Positions 37,793-49,056 of a stretch of DNA of 64,000 bases are shown one piece after another (within the stretch, counting starts at the first letter, position 1; each line of letters begins with the position of its first letter). A model generated the notes under the pieces. It was not told the DNA's origin. It ran no database searches and saw only the letters and a program-made list of their open reading frames with translations. The position numbers were made by a program, and so were the translations under genes. Origin of the DNA: an uncultured Acidobacteriota bacterium (GTDB lineage Bacteria > Acidobacteriota > Vicinamibacteria > Vicinamibacterales > UBA8438); contig CAJWLU010000004.1 in assembly GCA_913043225.1 (NCBI GenBank), positions 64,001 through 128,000 of the forward strand. The letters run 5' to 3'.

Positions 37793-39631
37793 CTAGTTAG
37801 ATCGGATTGGAGTGGTGGCTGGCCAGCCGCACGACCGTTCGGCGTTCTGCCCATCCAGCCACCGCTTGAGTGGAGCAAAGTAGTCGAGCATCGCCGTCGC
37901 GTCCATTTCTCGACGTCCGGTGACCTGCTCCAGAGCGTCGGGCCACGGCTCACTGGCCCCGAGTTCCAGCATCCGCCGTAGGCGCAACCCCGCCTCGCCG
38001 CTTCCATAGATGGAACAGCGATGCAGTGGGCCCTCAAAACTCTCGGCGTCGCAGAGCGCACGGTGGAACTGAAACTGGAGGATGTGGGCGAGGAAGTAGC
38101 GTGTATACGACGTGTTGGCCGGAATGTGATACTTCGCGCCCGGGTCAAAGTCGGCTTCGCTGCGCCGTACCGGCGGCCGAATGCCCTGGTACCGTGTACG
38201 AAGATCCCACCACCCCTGGTTGTAAGCCTCCGGTTCAATCTCTCCCGAGAACACCTTCCATCGCCACTGATCCACCATTAGACCGAACGGCAGGAAGGCC
38301 ACCTTGTCGAGCGCCAGGCGCATCAACAAGCCAAGGTCGTTGTCAGACGGCGGCACCCAGCTGAGCAGCCCGACCTCCGAAAGATACTCGGGCGTGATCG
38401 ACAGTGCGATCGTGTCACCAATCCCTTCATGGAAGCCGTCGTTCGCGCCGGTTCGAAAGAGTGGAGACTGCTCCTGATATGCTCGCTGGTAGTAGTTGTG
38501 GCCCAGCTCGTGGTGGATCGTAACGAAGTCTTCATCGTTGATGCCGATGCACATCTTGATCCGAATATCCGACTCATAGTCCAGATCCCATGCGCTTGCG
38601 TGGCAGACCACGTCTCGGTCCTGCGGCTGGACGAACTGCGATCGCTGCCAGAAGGTCTCGGGTAGCGGATCGAAGCCGAGCGAACTAAAGAACCGCTCAC
38701 CATAGCGCACCATCTCGAGCTCATCGACGCGATTCGACTCAAGCAGCGCCGTCAGGTCATAGCCGGGATCGGCGTTCGGAGGAGCCACCAGGTCATAGAT
38801 GTTCGACCAGGTCTGACTCCACATGTTCCCCAGCAGATGCGCAGGAATCGGTTCGTCCTCGGGCACGACGGCCGAACCATACTCCGCCGCCAGACCGGCG
38901 CGGACGTGGCAGTGCAGCGCCTCGTAGAGCGGGCGTACCTGTCCCCAGAGGCGCTCTAGGTCTGCGGTGAATGCGTCGGGTGACATGTCATACCCGGCCC
39001 GCCACATCTCCCCGAGGTCGACGAAGCCAAGCTCCTTGGCACCTGCGTTCGCCAGTTCCACGAAGCGCACGTACGAGCTCCGCATCGGCGGAGCTACCTG
39101 GCGCCACCCCAGCCACAAATCGAGCAACTCGTCAGTATCCCGGCTCTCGGCCAGGCGCCGCTCCATCTCCGGCAGAGACAGGCACCTGTCGTCACCCCCG
39201 GGGCAGTAGACGCCGCGGCCATACGTGCTCTCCATGCCAGTCGTGATCTGGGAGAGCTCAGCCTGCAATGCCGAATCGGACGGCGCGGCCACTCCCATCG
39301 ACGTCTTTAGGAGCAGCAGCTTGCGCCGAAGCTCCTGTGGCAGGTCGACCTGGTCAAACTGAGCAGCCTCGGAGGCTAGTCGCATCGTGGCCCCAATGAC
39401 CGCGGTCTGCGCGTCAGCCGCCATTCGCGTGGTTTCTTCGGTGATGTAGGTGCTCTGCACCCAAGCGGCACGTCCCGCGTCTATCCAGAGCGACAGCAGC
39501 TCCTGTTCAGCGTCGGCCAGGAACAGCTCCGCGTCGTCGGCGGTCGGACCAGCCTCGCTACAGCCAATCCAGAACAACACCGCGGTCAATAGCATCGCCA
39601 GTCGCCATTGCACCCTGGTCGCAGATTGCAT
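37793..39631 (-). CDS. M2 family metallopeptidase (angiotensin-converting enzyme-like peptidyl-dipeptidase), lipoprotein
   Basis: IPAHLLGNMWSQTW, CHASAWD, HHELGH (HExxH), GANDGFHEGIGD and FDPGAKYHIP motifs; lipobox WIGC. Confidence 0.95.
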   Translation of the reverse strand: MQSATRVQWRLAMLLTAVLFWIGCSEAGPTADDAELFLADAEQELLSLWIDAGRAAWVQSTYITEETTRMAADAQTAVIGATMRLASEAAQFDQVDLPQELRRKLLLLKTSMGVAAPSDSALQAELSQITTGMESTYGRGVYCPGGDDRCLSLPEMERRLAESRDTDELLDLWLGWRQVAPPMRSSYVRFVELANAGAKELGFVDLGEMWRAGYDMSPDAFTADLERLWGQVRPLYEALHCHVRAGLAAEYGSAVVPEDEPIPAHLLGNMWSQTWSNIYDLVAPPNADPGYDLTALLESNRVDELEMVRYGERFFSSLGFDPLPETFWQRSQFVQPQDRDVVCHASAWDLDYESDIRIKMCIGINDEDFVTIHHELGHNYYQRAYQEQSPLFRTGANDGFHEGIGDTIALSITPEYLSEVGLLSWVPPSDNDLGLLMRLALDKVAFLPFGLMVDQWRWKVFSGEIEPEAYNQGWWDLRTRYQGIRPPVRRSEADFDPGAKYHIPANTSYTRYFLAHILQFQFHRALCDAESFEGPLHRCSIYGSGEAGLRLRRMLELGASEPWPDALEQVTGRREMDATAMLDYFAPLKRWLDGQNAERSCGWPATTPIRSN

Positions 39632-39704
39632 CGGTTCTCCTCAGAGACGAAACGGATCATCTCCTAACGCGCAACGCCGGAGCGAGACCAACCAGGAGAG
39701 ACGG

Positions 39705-41171
<1,467 letters not shown>

Positions 41172-41228
41172 TCATCGAAGGGTCCTGAAAGTCAAGCACG
41201 AAATACGCGCGCACCTCCGAAACGAGGT

Positions 41229-41258
41229 TTGACAATCGGCTCACGCATTCTTTAAGTT
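41229..41258 (+). promoter_or_regulatory. Putative sigma70-type promoter of the ATPase-wHTH gene
   Basis: TTGACA-N18-TAAGTT. Confidence 0.45.
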
Positions 41259-41324
41259 CTATCCTTCCAAGTCGTCATCCACTATCTCAAACGACCGCGC
41301 AAACGGTCGCGTCGAAGAAAACGA

Positions 41325-42470
41325 GTGCTGGCTGAACGCCCCGCGATCGAACGGAGAATCATCACCGCGCTGGACGCGTCCCCCGCCCGGGTCCCGGTGC
41401 TCGTCGGGGGCTGCGGCAGCGGCCGGACCACTCTGCTGCAACGGCTCCAGCAGCACCTCGGGACCTCCGCGGAGTATCTCGACGTAGAGCGGGTGGCGAC
41501 AACTCCGGAAGGTTTCCTTTCATCCATCACGGCGGCCACCCACAGCGACACGCCAAGCAAGCTCCAGCCCGAGGAGGGACAACGTTCCGCCCGCATCGCC
41601 TTCGACCGCGTGTGTCGGTTCCTGCAAGAGGCCCGAACTCCAACTGGGGAAGGTGTCACCTTTCTGCTTGACGAAGCCTTGGAGGTGCGCACGTTCGAGA
41701 GCTTTCCTGGCCTTCGGGGAGCATTGCGCGAACTCTGGGCGACGCTCTGCACCGGCCCCAACCGTTTCGTCCTGACAACCCGTTTCGTGACCAGGACACA
41801 CCGGCTCTTCCGAGACGCTCCCGAGCAATTCGAGTTCATTCACATTCCGCCGCTCACTCCGGCCGAGGTCTCGACGGCGCTCCTTCCTCTCGAACTCGGT
41901 GAAAGCGCAGACGAGCGACTCGAATTAAGCCGCATCCTTCACGCGCTCACCGACGGCCGACCGCTGTACCTCCAACTCCTTGCCGCCGCTACCAAGGCGA
42001 TGGGCTCTGGTGACCCCGTTAGCGCGCTGGCTTCACAGCTAGCACCGGGAACGCCGCTGTCGATGGCCTGTCGCTTCTCTTACGAGCTGCGTCTGCATCG
42101 AGCCCGCGGCTATGGGGCACTCAAGGCGATCCTGCAGGTACTCTCGCACCAGGAGCCGCTCACGCTGACCGAGATCGCGCAACGGCTGGGCCGAACCCCG
42201 GGATCGACCAAGGACTATCTCTCGTGGCTCGAGGATGTCGACCTGCTTCAGGTGCAACAGAAGCGCTACAGCTTCTCGGATCCACTGTTGCGGCTCTGGG
42301 TCCGACTGCACGGCCTGGCGCACCCGCCCCGCGACGAGGACCTCGCACGTGAGGCGCAAGAGTATGCCGTGGCGCGGTTCCCGTACATGGAGCCAGCCCT
42401 GCTCGCGGAGCCGAGCGTGGCAACCCCTCCGGCGCAGGAGCGATCCTGGGGCATGATCGAGATCGACTAG
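41325..42470 (+). CDS. P-loop ATPase with C-terminal winged-helix domain
   Basis: Walker A-like GGCGSGRT, Walker B FLLDEA, TDGRPLYL (GxP) and HTH LTLTEIAQRLGRTPGSTKDYLSWL...FSDPLLRLW. Confidence 0.75.
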   Translation: MLAERPAIERRIITALDASPARVPVLVGGCGSGRTTLLQRLQQHLGTSAEYLDVERVATTPEGFLSSITAATHSDTPSKLQPEEGQRSARIAFDRVCRFLQEARTPTGEGVTFLLDEALEVRTFESFPGLRGALRELWATLCTGPNRFVLTTRFVTRTHRLFRDAPEQFEFIHIPPLTPAEVSTALLPLELGESADERLELSRILHALTDGRPLYLQLLAAATKAMGSGDPVSALASQLAPGTPLSMACRFSYELRLHRARGYGALKAILQVLSHQEPLTLTEIAQRLGRTPGSTKDYLSWLEDVDLLQVQQKRYSFSDPLLRLWVRLHGLAHPPRDEDLAREAQEYAVARFPYMEPALLAEPSVATPPAQERSWGMIEID

Positions 42471-43420
42471 CCCTCGTTCGCGGAAAAGTATTCCAACGCC
42501 TGCTGCGCCGCCTGCTGTTCCGACTCCTTCTTGCTCCGGCCATCCCCCTTGCCGAGCTTCCGCTCTCCCGCGACCACCTCGGACGTGAACACTCTTCGGT
42601 GCGGAGGACCCGCCTCTCCGACCAGCCGATAGCGGGGCAAGCCGAGTTCGCGCGCTTGCATCGATTCCTGTAGCGCCGACTTGTAATCGGTCTGCAGCCC
42701 CGCGGCTAATTCGCCTTGCCGCACGGCGTCTAGCGACTCTCGGAACCAGCGCTCGATGAACTGGTCCGCCGCCTTGATGCCACCATCTAGATAGACCGCG
42801 GCCACCACCGCCTCGAAGGTGTCGGCGATTAGGGAACGCTTCCGACGTCCGCCGGTTTTCTCCTCCCCGCGCCCCAGCAGCAGATGCTCGCCCAGGCCGA
42901 CCTGTTCACCGATACGGGCCAACGCCGTGGTAGATACCAGCATTGCCTTCGCCTTGGACTTCTGGCCTTCGTTCCATTCCGGACATTCTCTGAAAAGGCG
43001 ATCCGCAATGATGAGCCCCAGCACGGCATCCCCCAGAAACTCCAGCGACTCGTTGTCCCGCACCCCTCCGCTCGCGTCTTCGTGCGCCCGGGAACGATGG
43101 GTCAGTGCGTGCTCTAGCAGCCCCGGATCCGAGAAGCGGTAGGCGATGGCACCCTCCACCGAGCGAAACTCGTCACGGATACTGGTGAGTTCCAGCGAGA
43201 CCTCGGGCCGAAATTCCTCGATGAGCTCGCGAGCGCGATCGGCCTCCTCTGAGCGAACGGCCAGGCTCGCCCCGCTCAGGCCACCAAGCGGGAAAATCGT
43301 CTGGGGCGCATCGATCGACGTAATCGCCTCGATCCCGCGAGTCCGCAGCAAGCCCCGAACAACATCTGCCTCAATCGCCGACTGGGTCTGGAACACGACC
43401 ACAATCTTGGACGTGGTCAC
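42467..43420 (-). CDS. rnc: Ribonuclease III with N-terminal DUF2007-like domain
   Basis: ALTHRS, NESLEFLGDAVL, ADTFEAVVAAVYLDGG and dsRBD DYKSALQE...GRSKKESEQQAA motifs. The GTG start overlaps the upstream stop. Confidence 0.95.
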   Translation of the reverse strand: MTTSKIVVVFQTQSAIEADVVRGLLRTRGIEAITSIDAPQTIFPLGGLSGASLAVRSEEADRARELIEEFRPEVSLELTSIRDEFRSVEGAIAYRFSDPGLLEHALTHRSRAHEDASGGVRDNESLEFLGDAVLGLIIADRLFRECPEWNEGQKSKAKAMLVSTTALARIGEQVGLGEHLLLGRGEEKTGGRRKRSLIADTFEAVVAAVYLDGGIKAADQFIERWFRESLDAVRQGELAAGLQTDYKSALQESMQARELGLPRYRLVGEAGPPHRRVFTSEVVAGERKLGKGDGRSKKESEQQAAQQALEYFSANEG

Positions 43421-45528
43421 GCTGTCGCGCCCCCAAGGGCGTCGACTCGCAGCAGAACGATGGTGATGTCGTCGTGCTGGTCCGCCCCTCCAGCGAACGC
43501 ATCGACTGCGCCGAGAATACGCTCGCGCAGATCCTCGGATGACAGTTGCGCATGCTCTGCAAGCAGACGACCGAGCCGCTCCTCGCCGAAGAGATCCAGG
43601 TCTTCGTTCATCGCCTCGGTGATTCCGTCGGTGAAGAGCGCAAAGAGATCGCCTTGGGCGATCTGAACCGTGCACTCCTCGAGCAGCTCGGCGAACCGCG
43701 TCTCGATGCCCTCGAGCTGCAATCCCACCACAAGTCCACTAGGTACCAAGACCTGTGCTTGGCCCCGAAGCGGTCCCTGTGATGAGACATGCATCAACGG
43801 GGTGTGGCCCGCACGAACGTAGGTAAGCGTCCGGGCCCGGAGGTCGACCACGGCATAGGTCATGGTAATGAAGGTTCGGTTATCGAGTTCCGTCGAGAGA
43901 ATCCGATTGACCTCGATCAGGAGGCGTTTAGGGCTGTCGTAGACCTGCCCTAAGGACAGGATCAATCCCTTCAGCTCGGCCATGTAGAGCGCCGCCGATG
44001 TCCCTTTCCCGGACACGTCGGCCACCAGAACCCCGAGTCTGTGCTGGTCGAGGGCGACGAAATCGTAGTAGTCCCCGCCCACCTCGCGCGCCGGCCGGCA
44101 CAGCGCAGTGACAGCCAACCCGGGCAGACTCACCGGTGCGTCTGGGAGCAACGACATCTGGATCTCGCGAGCGATACGCAACTCCTCCTCGAGCCGGCGC
44201 TTTTCTTCTGCCTCTTGCAGTAAATCTGCGATGCTCCCGGTCATGGCATTGAACGACTTGGCCAACTCGCCTAGCTGGTCACGTGTCGCGACCTGGATTC
44301 GATGATCGAGGTCCCCCTGCCGAACTCGCTCGGTTCCCGTGAACAGCTCATGTACCGCCCCCGTAATGGATTTCGCCAGCGCGAACCCCATCACAAGGGC
44401 GACCGCCTCGATAGTGAGAAACATCGCGCCGATCGCCATCAGCACGAACAGCAATGCGCCCGCGTAGCTAGAATTTCCACCCTGCACCACCTGGCGGTAG
44501 AACACCACCGGTTGAACCAGGAACGACACCGCACCGCTGACATGTTCGCCGGTACTCCACTCGAGCAGGTCCAGGAACGCTATAGACGGCAACCCCGAGG
44601 TCAATGAAGATTCAGTCGGCGCCGATCTGAATTGCACGTCCGGCATCTCGGCCGCGTCGGGGACGCCCGCGGACACCGGCGACCCACCGATCGTGAGCAG
44701 TTCGACCCCGGTCGCTCGCTCCATGCGAGTCAGCACCGTGTCCGACACCGGCAGATCCGCAATGACCAGGAAGCGACGCCCATCTAGCATGAGAGGAGCC
44801 GTCCCGCGTGCGGTCACCCGGCGCCCCTGCGGCGTATCCACAATTACGAGCCCTTGAGTCAAATCGGTGACCCAGTTAGCCACAGGATCCATAGGCCACG
44901 CCCCGACCCCTGCCTGGAGCCTGGTTTCCGCGACGGACGGGTCGAGACCACGCACCGTGATCCCAGCCTCCGGATAGCGTTCGCTAAGCGTCGACACGCG
45001 CTGCTCGAGCAGCGCACTCGCCATCAACGGCCTGTCGTGAGCACCAAGCTCGATCGACGTAGCCCGGACGAAACCACCGACGTCATCGATGACATCTTCG
45101 AAGCTGAGCTGGACTAGGAGCGAGGTGACCGTGGACAGCAGGAGGGTACCCGCAAGCAGGAAGAAGGAGACCAGCAGAAGAATCGGGACGAACCCAATAA
45201 GGAGGTACGAGAGGACCAGTTTCCGACGGACTCGCCACAGCACCCTTCGCTGAAGCAGCGCCACGACCCTGAGCAAGAACACGCCGAAAGCTATGACCAG
45301 GATGATCGTCGCGGCGGAGTCGACTACACGCAGCCACCTCGGCGCTGAATCACCGAAGAGCGAGACGGTCAATTTGGCCAGTACCGCGACGGCCGTCGAG
45401 CGACCGAGCCAAGACCTTAGGGCGGTGCGCAGAAGCGCCCCCAGGCCATCGGAGGTCCCGGGACGCCCGTGTTTCTGCCCCACGACCGGCAGTACCGGTA
45501 GCGAGTCGGGCGAAGACGATTCAGCCAT
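43417..45528 (-). CDS. Membrane HAMP-domain PP2C/SpoIIE (RsbU-like) protein phosphatase
   Basis: TM helices, HAMP (DQLGELAKSFNAM), AREIQMSLLP, VGGDYYD, ADVSGKG, FTDGITEA and DDIT motifs. Confidence 0.93.
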   Translation of the reverse strand: MAESSSPDSLPVLPVVGQKHGRPGTSDGLGALLRTALRSWLGRSTAVAVLAKLTVSLFGDSAPRWLRVVDSAATIILVIAFGVFLLRVVALLQRRVLWRVRRKLVLSYLLIGFVPILLLVSFFLLAGTLLLSTVTSLLVQLSFEDVIDDVGGFVRATSIELGAHDRPLMASALLEQRVSTLSERYPEAGITVRGLDPSVAETRLQAGVGAWPMDPVANWVTDLTQGLVIVDTPQGRRVTARGTAPLMLDGRRFLVIADLPVSDTVLTRMERATGVELLTIGGSPVSAGVPDAAEMPDVQFRSAPTESSLTSGLPSIAFLDLLEWSTGEHVSGAVSFLVQPVVFYRQVVQGGNSSYAGALLFVLMAIGAMFLTIEAVALVMGFALAKSITGAVHELFTGTERVRQGDLDHRIQVATRDQLGELAKSFNAMTGSIADLLQEAEEKRRLEEELRIAREIQMSLLPDAPVSLPGLAVTALCRPAREVGGDYYDFVALDQHRLGVLVADVSGKGTSAALYMAELKGLILSLGQVYDSPKRLLIEVNRILSTELDNRTFITMTYAVVDLRARTLTYVRAGHTPLMHVSSQGPLRGQAQVLVPSGLVVGLQLEGIETRFAELLEECTVQIAQGDLFALFTDGITEAMNEDLDLFGEERLGRLLAEHAQLSSEDLRERILGAVDAFAGGADQHDDITIVLLRVDALGGATA

Positions 45529-45546
45529 GAGGATCAGGCGCCCTGT

Positions 45547-45903
45547 TCAGGAATCCGCCGTGGGAGAAGTATCCAGCTCGACGGCACCCTCGATCCAGTC
45601 GAGATAGCGCTCATCTCCCCCGATCACCGGCACTACCAGAAACTCCGGTGTGTCGTAGGGATGCAGATCATTCACCATCAGACGCAGCGCCTCTAGCCGC
45701 ACCGCCTGGGTCTTGATCAGCAGCTGGCGCTCACGCCCTCGCTCAACGCGCCCGTCCCATCGATAGAACGAGTCCATCTGCGGTAGCGCGCTGACACAGG
45801 CCGCGACTCGGGCCTCGAGCAGTGCCCGAGCGAACGCCTGCACGTCGGCTTCGCCTGGCCAAGTCACGAGCACAACGATGGCCTTCGTAGTCATTCCGTC
45901 CAC
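45547..45903 (-). CDS. cutA: Divalent-cation tolerance protein CutA
   Basis: VAACVS, SFYRWDG, LLIKT, HPYDTPE and YLDWI motifs. An alternative start lies at 45894. Confidence 0.9.
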   Translation of the reverse strand: MDGMTTKAIVVLVTWPGEADVQAFARALLEARVAACVSALPQMDSFYRWDGRVERGRERQLLIKTQAVRLEALRLMVNDLHPYDTPEFLVVPVIGGDERYLDWIEGAVELDTSPTADS

Positions 45904-45945
45904 AGCCCTAATCTTGTTCTCGTCTCGGTCCGAAACTACGCATAC

Positions 45946-46377
45946 ATGCCGCGACGCGCTCAGTCCTCCTCGTCCCCGGCGCGGTCCTCAGCGACTCGCC
46001 CGCGGGCGCCGCGTCAGCCCACACTGCCGCTACGGCCGGCGCGTACGGGCGCGACCAAGGTGCGCCCAGCCAACGCGCCACCTTCGCTCGGGCAGCAGGC
46101 GTTGCGTTGGGTGGCCGCACTCGGCGCAGCGGTACTTATCGCGAACGCCTTAATCGGGGAACGCGGGTGGCTGGCAACCTCGCGCGCGCGGCAGGCCCAA
46201 CGAGACCTGGCCAACGACATCGCGCAGCTGCAGCACCAGAACTGGATGCTGGTCAACGAAGCACGACGCCTACGCGACGATCCCACCGCCATCGAGGAAC
46301 TTGCGCGCAGCGAGCTGGGGCTCATCCGTCGTGGAGAACGCGTGTTCATCTTCACCGACCGCTCCGGCGTTCGCTGA
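45946..46377 (+). CDS. ftsB: Septum formation initiator (FtsB/DivIC family)
   Basis: TM helix followed by GERGW, a coiled coil and IEELARSELGLIRRGERVF. Confidence 0.85.
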   Translation: MPRRAQSSSSPARSSATRPRAPRQPTLPLRPARTGATKVRPANAPPSLGQQALRWVAALGAAVLIANALIGERGWLATSRARQAQRDLANDIAQLQHQNWMLVNEARRLRDDPTAIEELARSELGLIRRGERVFIFTDRSGVR

Positions 46378-46394
46378 GCATCCGTGGACGGTCG

Positions 46395-46423
46395 TTGACC
46401 GCGTCCTGGGAGCATGGTACCAT
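46395..46423 (+). promoter_or_regulatory. Sigma70-type promoter of tRNA-fMet
   Basis: TTGACC-N17-TACCAT with a TGn extension, 30 nt before the tRNA. Confidence 0.65.
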
Positions 46424-46453
46424 GCCTCAACGCTTGTGTTATCAGGCACTTGA

Positions 46454-46530
<77 letters not shown>

Positions 46531-46553
46531 CATTTCCGCAGAACACCGACCCA

Positions 46554-46581
46554 AGGGGTGACAAAGAGTCACCCTTTTTTT
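46554..46581 (+). terminator. Intrinsic terminator after tRNA-fMet
   Basis: GGGTGAC-AAAGA-GTCACCC hairpin followed by T7. Confidence 0.85.
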
Positions 46582-46619
46582 CGTGACGGTTCCTCTCACC
46601 CTTAACCCGGAGAGTCTCC

Positions 46620-48422
46620 ATGACCGTTCTCCCTCAACAGCACGGCGCCAGCTTTCTGCTTGAAACAGTCGGCCCCGAGGATGTCGTCTGCCCCGAGGAC
46701 ATGGGCGACACCGAACGCCTGCTCGTCCAATCCATCAAGGAGTTCGCAGAGCAGGAGGTATCGCCGCTACTCGACGAGGTCGATGCGCGGAACATCGACG
46801 TGATCCGCCCGCTGTTCAAAAAGGCAGCCGAGTTAGGCATCTTCGCGGCCGAGGTGCCAGAGGCCTTCGGCGGACTTGGCCTTAGCGTCCTTGCGATGGC
46901 TGGCATGAGCGAGTGCCGGTCCTATCTGGGCGGCTTGTCATCGACGGTTTTCGCCCACCAGGGCATCGGAACCCTTCCGCTGATCAACTTCGGCACCAAG
47001 GACCAAATAGACCGCTATCTCGAGGGTTGCATGACCGGCGAGCTAATGGCCGCCTTCGCCCTGACCGAACCAGCCTCTGGCTCGGACGCGATGAACATCA
47101 CTACCAGCGCGGTGCTCAACGCAGAAGGGACGCACTACATCGTTAACGGATCCAAGCAGTGGATCACCAATGCGGGCTGGGCCGACCTGTTCATCCTCTT
47201 CGCTAAAGTCGACGGCACGGCTTTCTCGGCTTTTCTCCTCGAACGGGACAGCCCGGGACTCTCGGTCGGAGGACACGAGAAGCTCCTTGGCCTGCAGGGC
47301 TCTTCCGTGTGCGCCCTGCAGCTCGACGACGTCGCTATCCCGGTAGGCAACCTGCTTGGCGATGTAGGCAAAGGCCACAAGGTGGCCATGTGCACGCTCA
47401 ACCTGGGCCGCATGAAGATGTCAGCCAACTGCGCGGGCACCTCGAAAAAGATCCTCGCGACAACCACGCAGTACGCCACGGAACGGCGGCAGTTCGGCCA
47501 GCCGATCGCGGACTTCGGGCTGATTAAGCGCAAGCTGGCCGACATGGCCGCTCGCGCCTACAGCGCAGAATCGGTCGCCTATCGCACGGCGGGCCTAGTC
47601 TACACGGCAGCCGAATCGGCACAGTCGGACGACGACAACGCGCTTGACCTTAAGCTCAAAACCCTGGCCGAATTTTCGATGGAATGCGCAATGGCCAAGG
47701 TCATCGGGTCGGAGACCTACAGCGAATTAGCAGACGAGGCGTTGCAGGTGTATGGCGGAAACGGCTACAGCGAGGAGTACCCCGCCGCCAGATGGTATCG
47801 CGACTCCCGTATCACCCGCATTTACGAAGGCACGAGCGAAATCTGCCGGCTGAGCATCGCAAAGACGATGTTGAAACGTACCGAGCGTGGGCTCCTGCCG
47901 TGGCGTGAGACGGTCAGCAGGTTTGGGTCGTTCAGGTCGGTCAGCATGCCCACCACTGCCACGGCCACTCGGACCCTGGAGTCGATGGAGGCACATCTAC
48001 CAGGTTTCAAACAGATCTTCTTCTTCACGCTAGGGCAAGTCTGGGAGAACCTGGAGAGCGAGGTGCTGCTGGCCCCCGCGAATCAGCAGTATCTCTCGAG
48101 CCTGGCGGACATCGCGATCGAGACCTATCGAGCCGAAAGCACAGTTCTCCGGGTGCTGAAGCTAGCTGGCTCACGCTCAACCGACGTGACGCTCCAGACC
48201 GCGCTCGCCAGCCTGACATTACATTCGGCCGCCGACCGCATTCAGCGGGAGGTAACAGAGGTAATCACGGCGCTGTCTGACGACTCTCCATTGGACGCGA
48301 GCCAATCTCTCGAGGACGCCCTGACCTGGGTGCGAAGGACGCTCCCCACCCCAGAGGGTCTCATTCAAACCCGGGCCCTGGTCGCCCAGGAATTGGTCAC
48401 GCGCAACGGCGCCCTACCCTAG
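46620..48422 (+). CDS. Acyl-CoA dehydrogenase family protein
   Basis: AFALTEPASGSDA, NGSKQWITN, ERRQFGQPI, QVYGGNGY and RIYEGTSEI motifs. Confidence 0.95.
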   Translation: MTVLPQQHGASFLLETVGPEDVVCPEDMGDTERLLVQSIKEFAEQEVSPLLDEVDARNIDVIRPLFKKAAELGIFAAEVPEAFGGLGLSVLAMAGMSECRSYLGGLSSTVFAHQGIGTLPLINFGTKDQIDRYLEGCMTGELMAAFALTEPASGSDAMNITTSAVLNAEGTHYIVNGSKQWITNAGWADLFILFAKVDGTAFSAFLLERDSPGLSVGGHEKLLGLQGSSVCALQLDDVAIPVGNLLGDVGKGHKVAMCTLNLGRMKMSANCAGTSKKILATTTQYATERRQFGQPIADFGLIKRKLADMAARAYSAESVAYRTAGLVYTAAESAQSDDDNALDLKLKTLAEFSMECAMAKVIGSETYSELADEALQVYGGNGYSEEYPAARWYRDSRITRIYEGTSEICRLSIAKTMLKRTERGLLPWRETVSRFGSFRSVSMPTTATATRTLESMEAHLPGFKQIFFFTLGQVWENLESEVLLAPANQQYLSSLADIAIETYRAESTVLRVLKLAGSRSTDVTLQTALASLTLHSAADRIQREVTEVITALSDDSPLDASQSLEDALTWVRRTLPTPEGLIQTRALVAQELVTRNGALP

Positions 48423-48575
48423 TGATTCCCTGGAGGCTTTGGCCCAAAGCCCACGTGGGACTCCTTCGGCTCGATAGCTGGCAATTGGTTGGCGGTCCCG
48501 TGACAAATGTCAGGGCTGCGCCATGCAGCCTCACGACTCACTCCCTTCGACAACTGCTCTGCCGCTGCTGTATAG

Positions 48576-49019
<444 letters not shown>

Positions 49020-49056
49020 CAGCACAGCGCTCCAGCAGAGGGGGAAGGAGACAATT

